Both the position numbers and the translations under genes were made by a program. From assembly GCA_049692125.1 (NCBI GenBank), contig JBAVOO010000049.1:3917-67916 (forward strand): a stretch of DNA of 64,000 nucleotides. Direction: 5' to 3'. The notes under the pieces were generated by a model. The model was not told the origin of the DNA. It saw nothing but the letters and a program-made list of their open reading frames with translations, and searched no databases. This stretch comes from Verrucomicrobiia bacterium (GTDB taxonomy: Bacteria > Verrucomicrobiota > Verrucomicrobiia > Limisphaerales > UBA11358). Within the stretch, counting starts at the first letter, position 1. Every line of letters starts with the position of its first letter. Positions 27,551-36,700 of the stretch are shown piece after piece.

Positions 27551-28195
27551 ATGAGTGCCAAGCTTCTGTTCGTCTCGTCTGGAATTTTTTTCATATTCGT
27601 CGCCGCACCCTTGCTGCGCGCTGACCAGGTGGAAATGCAAAATGGCGACCGTTACTTTGGCAAGGTGTTGTCCGTGTCTGCGGACACCGTGATGTTGGAA
27701 AGCGAAGTGTTGGGCAAAATCAATGTGCCGCGCAAAAAGGTTGCGAGCCTTGCGTTTGGCACGAACGCCGCCGCACCGAAAGCGTCAACCCATGTCGCGC
27801 CAGTCTCCGTGCCAACGAATCTTCCAACCGCCGCTTCCTTGGCTGCCTTGGCGAGCACCAACGCGGATTTATCCGCTGCGTTTCGCAATCTGGGCGCGAA
27901 CACGAATTTTGTCCGGCAAATTCGCGAGCAAATGCTCGCCGGCAGCCCCGAGGCGGCCAGCAACTATGACGGGTTGGTCAACGGCTTGATGAGCGGGAAG
28001 CTGAACCTGAATGATCTTCGACGCGAAGCAAAGTCGTCAGCAGACCAGTTGCGGGAGCTCAAGCGCGACCTCGGTCCCGAAGCCGGCGACTCACTCGATG
28101 CTTATCTGGAGGTGCTGGATAATTTTCTCAAGGAAACTGCCGCCGGGCCAACGAGCGCCACCCCGGCTCCGCAGCCCAAAACGCAAGTCCATTAG
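27551..28195 (+). CDS. Secreted hypothetical protein
   Basis: The start is at MSAKLLFVSSGIFFIFVAAPLLRA, which is a signal peptide. I recognise no family. Confidence 0.5.
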   Translation: MSAKLLFVSSGIFFIFVAAPLLRADQVEMQNGDRYFGKVLSVSADTVMLESEVLGKINVPRKKVASLAFGTNAAAPKASTHVAPVSVPTNLPTAASLAALASTNADLSAAFRNLGANTNFVRQIREQMLAGSPEAASNYDGLVNGLMSGKLNLNDLRREAKSSADQLRELKRDLGPEAGDSLDAYLEVLDNFLKETAAGPTSATPAPQPKTQVH

Positions 28196-28204
28196 CCCGA
28201 ATTC

Positions 28205-28363
28205 ATGGGAAACAATCTGCTGACGCACAGTCCGTTCACGGCGCCGACGTTCGTTGTTGCACCGGCGATCTTGACGAACGCCACCCGCACTCGCAAGCGG
28301 TACCCGGAACGGTTCGCGCAGCAGGCGTTGGGGCACAATTCCAAGGCGGTGCATCATGCCTAA
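28205..28363 (+). pseudogene. C-terminal remnant of a tyrosine recombinase (phage-type integrase)
   Basis: A 52-aa ORF ends in ...RYPERFAQQALGHNSKAVHHA*. This matches the LGH-x-S...(H/Y) C-terminal box of tyrosine integrases. No upstream catalytic domain is present. Confidence 0.5.
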
Positions 28364-28416
28364 CCTGGGCGGCGAAGGATTTACCGGCACGCCTTGATGT
28401 CGCGGCAACGGCGAAA

Positions 28417-28668
28417 TTGCCCGGCTTCACGGAGCATGACATTCAGATTTTGATGGCCGTGGGTAAATTAACGCCGCTGGGCGTTCCCGTCCCTAACGCG
28501 CCCAAGTGGTTTGCCGCCGTCGAAATGATTCGGCTCGCGGCTGATCAAGACTGGCGGCACAAGGCCACAAAGGAGGTTTCCAAATACTGGCGAAACAAGC
28601 GCGAGCGGCATCAATCTCCCCAGAACTCGCCACGCCCTGGCAAATTGGAAGCTGATGAAGTTAATTAA
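28417..28668 (+). CDS. Small hypothetical protein, possibly excisionase/HTH-like
   Basis: 83 aa with a TTG start. The in-frame upstream residues (LDVAATAKL) suggest a degraded 5' end. A hairpin TGATGAAG-N12-CTTCATCA overlaps the stop. The family call is tentative. Confidence 0.35.
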   Translation: MPGFTEHDIQILMAVGKLTPLGVPVPNAPKWFAAVEMIRLAADQDWRHKATKEVSKYWRNKRERHQSPQNSPRPGKLEADEVN

Positions 28669-28778
28669 TTGGCTTCATCATGCTCGTTGGGATGTGAATA
28701 ACTCTGAATGGATAAGAATTGAGATCGGCGTAAAGTCGCAGTCAATCAGTCGGGAAAAATTTGAAGCTATGAAACCCT

Positions 28779-29531
28779 ATGAAAACAAAAGGCAAATCCA
28801 TCATTCTTGTCGTTTGTCATTTATTCGCCGGTCGAATTCGTCTGGCAATTCTCTTTGCCGTCCTATGGCTGGCAACGCTTGCCGGCATCAGAGTGTCAGC
28901 GGCCGGGTTTAATTCTGGAATTATCGATTTTGACTCCAATTTCGCCGCAGACGGCTATCCCGCGTACGGGCCTGGCGCTGCGGCAATCGGCTCTGCCGGC
29001 GATCTTTGGAATACGGTCTCGGTGACTTATTACGGAGGGACGCCAAAAGGTCCGCTAAATCTTTACAACACCGACGGCACCTCAACGAGCGTCGAATGGT
29101 CCCTTTCAAGCGGTGGCGGAATATCAGACACCATCGGAGGAACTTACGGGAGTCTGTTCGACACCAGTGTTGCATTCTATTCCGCAACCATCACCGGCTT
29201 GACTCCAAACGAGCAGTACAATCTATACCTGTATAGTGTCTGTTGGGACGAAGTAATCAGCGTAAACGGCATCGATTTTACGACTTACGGAATCCACTCT
29301 GGCAGTGTCAATTCTCTGACTGCCGGAAGCCAATATGATGTTCATACCGTAACGGCCGACTCGTCCGGCACTCTGGCATTTGTGCCCATTTCCGCCGAAT
29401 TCGGGACTCCGTACATTTCTTCATGGCAACTCACGCCTGTGCCTGAGCCCAGCACCATTTCGCTGGCTGGCCTTGTGCTGTTGGCCTCTGCAGCACTCCA
29501 ACTCACACGTTCTCAAAAGCGTTGCAGCTAA
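28779..29531 (+). CDS. PEP-CTERM-anchored secreted protein
   Basis: 250 aa. The C-terminus is VPEPSTISLAGLVLLASAALQLTRSQKR, giving a PEP motif, a TM helix and a basic tail. Confidence 0.75.
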   Translation: MKTKGKSIILVVCHLFAGRIRLAILFAVLWLATLAGIRVSAAGFNSGIIDFDSNFAADGYPAYGPGAAAIGSAGDLWNTVSVTYYGGTPKGPLNLYNTDGTSTSVEWSLSSGGGISDTIGGTYGSLFDTSVAFYSATITGLTPNEQYNLYLYSVCWDEVISVNGIDFTTYGIHSGSVNSLTAGSQYDVHTVTADSSGTLAFVPISAEFGTPYISSWQLTPVPEPSTISLAGLVLLASAALQLTRSQKRCS

Positions 29532-30124
29532 CTGGCCAGATAACCCAATCAAACGTGAACGGAATAAATCCCCTGCCTACGTCACGCCACGCCAAACGCG
29601 AAATCACCAAAATTCACGCGGAAAAAGTTTCACCTGATTCTTCACCTGAAGTTTCACCTGACGGGCAATAAAGGGGCGGTATGTTGTTTGCCGGGCGGCC
29701 GTCTCTTCCAACGGAACAACGGGATTTTTTCACTCACAACAACACGACCGGCAGACAGGAAAGCCTCAAAACAAGAGACAAAACAACCGGGGACACCCTG
29801 CCACGCACATTTTCCAATCCCATTTGCAGAATTTTGTAATTACCGGGTGTGAAATTCTCCGGTAGTGTTTCCTGTTAAGAAACCGGAAATGGTGAGCGTT
29901 GCCGAAATTTGGCTCCAAGAACAGAAGGGGTGTTTCGTTAAATCAGTTCTGGGAACTGGAGCAAAAGTTATGGGATCCACCCAATGCCAACGGCCAGAGG
30001 CCAGGTGAGAATCCAACCGGTTTCCGAATCATAATGAACGCATTTTAACCCTGACATAACCGGGGCAATTTCAAAACCGGCGACTGAACAACTGGACAAC
30101 CTTGTAACCAACCAACCAATCATC

Positions 30125-33100
30125 ATGAAAAAAATCCTTGACCTCCAAGTTTACTTTGCACTCCTCCTGGCTGCTGTCCCGCTCGCAGCGAAGGCGCAAA
30201 CAACCATTTTCACCGATAATTTTGGCAACGGGAGCACGCTGAATGCGACCAGCACGCCCGGCGGAACGCCAACTGCCAGTTCAACCAGCTACGATATCGC
30301 CTCGACCAAAAACGCCTCGTCGGGGCCGGCGATTGCTTCCGGCGATTTGACGCTAAAGCTTAATGCGGCAACCACCAGCGGTTTCGTCGAAGCTCAAGCT
30401 CTGTTTACATCAACGCCGTTTGCTCTCAATTCCGTTGGTGATTATATCAACCTGACTTACACGTTTACTGACACCGGTGGAACACTTTTGGCTGGTGGAG
30501 GAACCGGCTGCTATCTTTATACCGGCTTATACAACTCCGGCGGCTATACTCCGGTGGCCGGTGGTGCTCTGGACAACAGTGGTTTGTCCACGTCTCTCAC
30601 TACTTACGCAACCGGGAACGCCGCCAATTGGCAGGGTTATGTGGCGCGTATTTCCAGCGGCGGCACTTCCCAGATGATTACCCGTCCGGTGCAAAACGGA
30701 TCGACACTCAACAACGCAGATCAGGATTTGGTCGGCAATAATGTTGGCGGCGGCGCATACGACAATCCGGCGGGAACCGCACTGACCGGCGGCAACGAAA
30801 CCGCGACGCTCACTTTAACTTCAGGCGCGCAATATACCATCAGTTGCACCTTGGCACTTACCGCCGCTGGCACGATAACGATTACCAATGATCTTTACAG
30901 CGGCGCCGGCAGGGGAGGCACGCTCATATTTGCCCAAACCAACTCTGCATCCGGCGCGACATTCCTGACCAATTCCTTTGATGGCCTGGCTATTGGCGTG
31001 CGCAACAATGGAACGAGTTTGAATCCAACCATGGACATTTCGTCCATCTTGATCACTGGCCAAAGCACCCCGGTCACCACTCCGCCAACCATTATTTTAC
31101 AACCCGTGTCGGTCACTGTCGCGACCAACGGTTCCTGTGCCTTCTTTGTTTCAGCCACCGGTAACGGTGTGGGCTATCACTGGTATCGGAATGGCACCAA
31201 CCTTCTTGATGGCGGCAATATTTCGGGTTCTGCCAGCAGCATGCTCGTTATTTCCCCGGCGGGGCCGGCTGATGTGCTTTCGCCAGCCAATGGTTACTAC
31301 GTCACAGTCTCCGGCACCGGTGGTTACAGCACAAATTCAGCAACCTGCTCGCTGGGCTTGATGCCGGCAACCAATTTAATCTGGTATTCAACAGGAAGCA
31401 CCACCATATGGGATATAACTAACAACGCCAATTGGCAGAACACCAACGGCAACCAGACCGTATTCAATTATGGTGACTCCGTTGCTTTCAATGATGTCTT
31501 TGGGGGGGGGTTTGTAACATTGACAGGCCCTTATCTTAGCGCGGCTTCCGTTACGGTGAATAGCACCGCTGCTTACACCTTTAACACCTCCAGCAGCGGC
31601 AGCTTCGCCGGGCCGGGCAATTTGATTTACGCAGGTTCCGGTGAATTCACGATAGGCAATGCCAACACCTACACCGGCGGCACCATTATCAGCAACGCCA
31701 GCGCGGATCTTATCCTCCAAAATCTCAATGGGCTTGGCACCGGCCCGGTGACCTTGGCCGAGGCGGGCGGCACAATGGAAATTGTTCCGGCTGGCAGCGC
31801 CAGCTTGGGCATCAACGGCGATGTCATTGTTGCCGATGACTTCACCATTCAATTTGATGGGACCGGATCCTATGCCGGAGTTCTCCTGGGTAATCTTTCG
31901 GGCACCGCCGGCAAAACTCTGACGTTGATTCCGAACCCGAGCAACACCAGCACCAACGAGCGAATCCGGATTTACGGTGCCGCCACAACGAATAATGCGA
32001 ACTTAGCGCTTAATTCGCCCTTGATCACATTCGCTCCCTATAACGGGAGCGGCAGCCAGACCTACAACGGCGTGATTTCCGGCGGCGGCGCCATCATGGA
32101 AAAAGGCACCCTCACCTACCTCAACGGCACCAATACTTATTCCGGCGGCACGTTCCCTGTCAGCGGCGCCATTGGTTTGGGTATTGATTCAGCCGGCAAT
32201 CCTGTTACTAACGGCCCGGTTGGCACCGGCCCATTGTATCTGACTGTTGACTCTACCACCACGACGACCGGCAGCGGCATGTTGTTCGCCGCCGGCGGCG
32301 CCCACACCATCGCGAATTCCATCCAATTCCCCACTGGAACCAACAATTTGACGTTGACCATCGGTGGCACGAATAACCTGACGTTATCGGGGCCGTTCTC
32401 CCTCAATGGCAACGACAACCTAACCACGAACACCATCACCGCGCGCACGGTCCAAGTGACGAACACCGGCTTGACCACCTTCTCAGGTGTCATCAGCGAC
32501 GGCGGGTTGGTTTACGGGTTTATCAAGACCGGTAGCGGCACGTTGGCCTTGAACAACACCGAGACCTACACCGGGCCGACGACCGTCTCCGCCGGCACAC
32601 TCCAGATCAACGGCCAGCTTGCGGCGGCGAGCGCCGTCACTGTAAACTCGAATGCAACTCTCTCGGGCACTGGCACCATCAACGGCACGGTTGCTATCAG
32701 TGCTAGCGGCATTCTCGCTCCCAGCACCTCCTCCGCCATCGGCACGCTTACCGTCAGCAACAATCTCACCTTGGACGGCAACCTGTTCTTCAAAGTCAAG
32801 AAGTTGGTGTCACAGTCCAATGACATCGCGTTCGTCAGCGGCACCCTGGCCAATGGCGGCAATGGAACATTGACCGTGACGAACCTCGGCCCGGCCCTGG
32901 CGGTCGGGGACACGTTCAAGCTGTTTAACAAGGCCGTATCGAGCGGCAGTACGCTGAACGTAACGGGGGCGGGCGTGGTATGGACCAACAATCTGCAGAA
33001 CGATGGGAGCATTTCAGTGTTGTCCACAACGCTGCCGCAGCCGGTGATTACAGCCATAACTCTCAGCGGCACGAACGTGGTCTTCAGCGGCAACAATGGC

Positions 33101-33268
33101 ACTGGCAGTAGCGGGTACTACGTTCTGTCTTCGACGAACGTGGCCGCGCCGTTATCGAGCTGGACCCCCATATTTACCAACACCTTCTACACGGGAGGCC
33201 TCTTCACCAATACGATCCCCATTTTGCCGGGTGTGCCCAACGTGTTCTATATTTTGGAACTGCAGTAA
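30125..33268 (+). CDS. 1047-aa secreted protein with autotransporter-associated beta-strand repeats and one Ig-like domain
   Basis: It has a signal peptide. Repeated units include GxGxLTLxNANTYTGGT, NTYSGGT and TYTGPTTVSAGTLQINGQL. The Ig-like segment is PVSVTVATNGSCAFFVSATGNGVGYHWYRNGTNL. No beta-barrel translocator or PEP-CTERM is seen. Confidence 0.8.
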   Translation: MKKILDLQVYFALLLAAVPLAAKAQTTIFTDNFGNGSTLNATSTPGGTPTASSTSYDIASTKNASSGPAIASGDLTLKLNAATTSGFVEAQALFTSTPFALNSVGDYINLTYTFTDTGGTLLAGGGTGCYLYTGLYNSGGYTPVAGGALDNSGLSTSLTTYATGNAANWQGYVARISSGGTSQMITRPVQNGSTLNNADQDLVGNNVGGGAYDNPAGTALTGGNETATLTLTSGAQYTISCTLALTAAGTITITNDLYSGAGRGGTLIFAQTNSASGATFLTNSFDGLAIGVRNNGTSLNPTMDISSILITGQSTPVTTPPTIILQPVSVTVATNGSCAFFVSATGNGVGYHWYRNGTNLLDGGNISGSASSMLVISPAGPADVLSPANGYYVTVSGTGGYSTNSATCSLGLMPATNLIWYSTGSTTIWDITNNANWQNTNGNQTVFNYGDSVAFNDVFGGGFVTLTGPYLSAASVTVNSTAAYTFNTSSSGSFAGPGNLIYAGSGEFTIGNANTYTGGTIISNASADLILQNLNGLGTGPVTLAEAGGTMEIVPAGSASLGINGDVIVADDFTIQFDGTGSYAGVLLGNLSGTAGKTLTLIPNPSNTSTNERIRIYGAATTNNANLALNSPLITFAPYNGSGSQTYNGVISGGGAIMEKGTLTYLNGTNTYSGGTFPVSGAIGLGIDSAGNPVTNGPVGTGPLYLTVDSTTTTTGSGMLFAAGGAHTIANSIQFPTGTNNLTLTIGGTNNLTLSGPFSLNGNDNLTTNTITARTVQVTNTGLTTFSGVISDGGLVYGFIKTGSGTLALNNTETYTGPTTVSAGTLQINGQLAAASAVTVNSNATLSGTGTINGTVAISASGILAPSTSSAIGTLTVSNNLTLDGNLFFKVKKLVSQSNDIAFVSGTLANGGNGTLTVTNLGPALAVGDTFKLFNKAVSSGSTLNVTGAGVVWTNNLQNDGSISVLSTTLPQPVITAITLSGTNVVFSGNNGTGSSGYYVLSSTNVAAPLSSWTPIFTNTFYTGGLFTNTIPILPGVPNVFYILELQ

Positions 33269-33287
33269 TCAGCAGGTTTGAAGACAA

Positions 33288-33328
33288 GGCCGCCGGTGGA
33301 GAAAACGCTCCGCCGGCGGTTCTTTTTT
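33288..33328 (+). terminator. Rho-independent terminator
   Basis: The stem is GGCCGCCGGTGGAG / GCTCCGCCGGCGG, containing one G-U pair. The loop is AAAAC. It is followed by TTCTTTTTT, 20 nt after the stop. Confidence 0.7.
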
Positions 33329-33716
33329 GATGCTATCCGCACGATTCGCAACGCTTCTTTTCTCGAAACCGCGCGTTGCCAAAGGCACGCCGCTTCGATT
33401 GATTTCATTGATCTGCCATTGGCTTTCAAGTCGTGCATGCCGGGCGGGGAACTGGTGCGCGTGGCGGTTTCCGCTGCGCCAAGGCAATAAATTACCCGGC
33501 TTCCGGAGTGAGACGGTTTGACGTTCTTGTCAAAAAAGTCCGGTGCGGCCAGACGGCGCGGACCCGGCGCTGGAGATGCATAATTCCAGAACCGATTTGC
33601 AGAAAATCGGGAAGAAGCCGTTTGTTTTAAATGGCAACATCAGACTAATCAAATATCGAAACCGGACAATGGCCATTGTGTTTGTCCGGGGAAACCATGC
33701 AACTGTTTGTTGAATT

Positions 33717-36700
33717 ATGAAAAACGCGACTGTGACTTCATTTCAGCGAAAATCCATTCTGTCTCTCTGTTTGCAAAATGCCCCGGTTCTGGCCGGACTG
33801 CTGGCGGCGGCTTTTCTGGTTTCCAATGCAGAGGCAGCGACGATTGTATGGAGCGGCGCCAGTGGCACGGATACCAACTGGTCAACTGGAGGCAACTGGG
33901 CCGGAAATGTGGCGCCCGGCGGCGGTGATGACGTGAAGTTTTTTAACGCCGGCACAAATGGAGCAGCGGGCACGCCGAACAATCTTGTGGATGGCAGTTT
34001 TGGCGGTTACATCGGCTCGCTGCAATATGGAAACACGAACGGTTTTCACACGACGGCGGTCGCGGCCGGCCAGACGTTGAACATCACCAACACCGGTGGT
34101 TTGATTGTAGGCACGCCCGGCGACATCGGCGTGGCTTATACAAATCATGCAACGATTACAGGTTCGGGCGGTACACTGAATGTCAGCAACGCCAACGCCG
34201 TCATATCGCTCAACCAAGGAACTGCTACTTCCGTCAATTTCCCGCAGTCCATTTTGGATTTGAGCGGGTTGGATAATTTTAACGCCAACGTCAGCCGCAT
34301 CGGAATTGGAACCACTACGACAGCCAACCCCGGCTCTGCCAACCAAAGGGAAGCCGGCACATTGTATCTGGCTAAAACGAACAATATAACCGTGAACTAT
34401 TCAGTGTCGCTGGCAAGCTATCAAGCGGGCGGCGCGAACAACGGCATCGAATTGGCGCGCAACCCGGGCAACAACGCCGGCAGCACGACAAAGTGTTGCT
34501 TATATCTCGGAATAACGAATGTTTTTAATGTGGATAGTATTGGCGTGGGTCGGGATAAGAGCGATGCGAACGCGAATGCTTCCATGCTCTTCAATCCTGC
34601 ATTCAGCGCGAATAATCCAGTGGCTTATTTCTATGGCGTAACCGGTCTCGGCAGTCGCGTGACCTGGTGGGGGGTTGGAGATGCGAACGCCAGTAGCTCC
34701 ACTTCTCATGGTGGCTGGGGCACAAACGACTTCAGCGCTGGAATGGTGAATGCCTTTGTGAACGTGATGTCACTTGGACGGGATGACAGCGGGGGTGCCA
34801 CCACTTGGGCGGGCCCTAACTTCGGCCTGTTCATGTTCAATGTCGGCACGGTTGATGTGAACACACTGATTTTGGGAAATCAGTCACTCTGGACTTCCAG
34901 CACCGCCGCCACAACTCCGAATGTGGGGTTCATGAACGTCATCGGTGCGAATGCCACCTTGAAGATCAATACCACGCTGACACTGGGCGCCACGGCGGTC
35001 AACAGTTCTGCGGCCAACAATACTTATGGCGTCCTCAACGTCACCAATGGAACGGTCTATGCCAACAACATCACGGTGGGAGCTTACACGACTTCGGCCA
35101 ACAATGCCATAAACCTGACCAACGCGACGTTGATCGTCACCAACACGCTGGCCACCAACGCGACCGGGCTGGCCAATTTCAGGATTGCCAATTCGGTGCT
35201 GGGTTTGAATGTCCCCACCAATGGCTCGCTTTTGGGGCTGGTTCAAACTTTGACGGCTTTCGGCGCAACCAATGTCATTCAATTATCGGTGCCGGTCTTC
35301 GCCTCCTATCCGCAGACCCTTCCGCTGATTCAATACACCACATTGAGCGGCGCGTTTAACTTTGGCCTGACAAACGTCCCGGCATCAGCCCCCAATGCCT
35401 GCCTGACGAATATTACTGCTGTTCCCAAATCGATTGCCTTGGTGCTACCGAATGATCCGCGTCCGGTCATCACCGGTGAGCCCACCAGTTATAGCGGCAA
35501 TCCGGGTGACAACGTCACAACTAATTTCAGCGTCAGCATCAACGGCAGCAGCGTCACGCCACTGGTGTATCAATGGTATTCGGTCATCGGGAGCGTGACC
35601 AACAAGTTAACTGATGGCGCCAACGCCAGTGGCTCGACCAATTTCGGCACTGCCACCGCTTCCTTCATCATCTCGAATGCCCAGCCGGCCGACAGCGGCA
35701 GTTACTATGTGGTCGTCACCAACCTTTATGGCAGCGCCACCAGCAGCCCGGCGGTGCTGACTATCAGTGCCATTGCCATTGCGCCCAGCATTACCGGGCC
35801 GACGAATATTACAGTCATCGCGGGCAACAATGCCACGATCAACGATTCCGTTGCCGGTTCGCCAGTGCCGGCCCTGCAATGGCTGGATCAGACGGGAACG
35901 CCCATCCCAAACGCCACCAGTTCGTTTTTGACATTGAACAACGTCCAGTATTCGCAAAATGATTTCACCTATTCGCTGGTCGCCAGCAACAGCGCCGGCT
36001 CGGCCACCAATGTCACGACGCTTACGGTGATTGTTCCGCCGGTCATCACCTTGCAACCGACGAATGTTGTCGTAACGAATACCCAGACCGCATCCTTCAC
36101 CGTCGCGGCCACGGGCGTGCCTAACCCGGGTTATCAGTGGAATAAAAACGGCAATCCCATTTCCAGCGCAGTGAACAACACGGCCACGAATGCGACGTTC
36201 ACGATTCCCAGCGTGTCGCCTGGTGATATGTCCACTAATTATTCCGTGACCATCACAAACCTGGCTGGCGCGATCAACAGCGTCAGCGTCGCATTGACGG
36301 TCAATTCAACGATGTCGGTGGCCACGCTTGTGCCGGCCAACGGCGCGACCGGGGTTGGTTACGATACGCCGTTGTATATCACCTTCAATTCAACGCCTTC
36401 GTTGCGGAGTGCGGGCAGGATTCGGATTTACAATGTCACCAACAGCGCCACGCCGGTGGACACGCTGGACATGACTTTGAACACGAACTTGAACACGCCC
36501 TATGCCATGAATGTGCAATCGCGCACCATCGGCGGCGACACGTTCAACAGCTTCCCGGTCATCATCGCCGGAAACACGGCGGCGATTTATCCGCATCTGG
36601 ATTTGCTGACCTCCAATCAAACTTATTATGTGACGATTGACGACGGCGTTTTTGCCGACGCCAGCGGCGCCTACTTTACGGGCATCAGCGCGACGAACGT

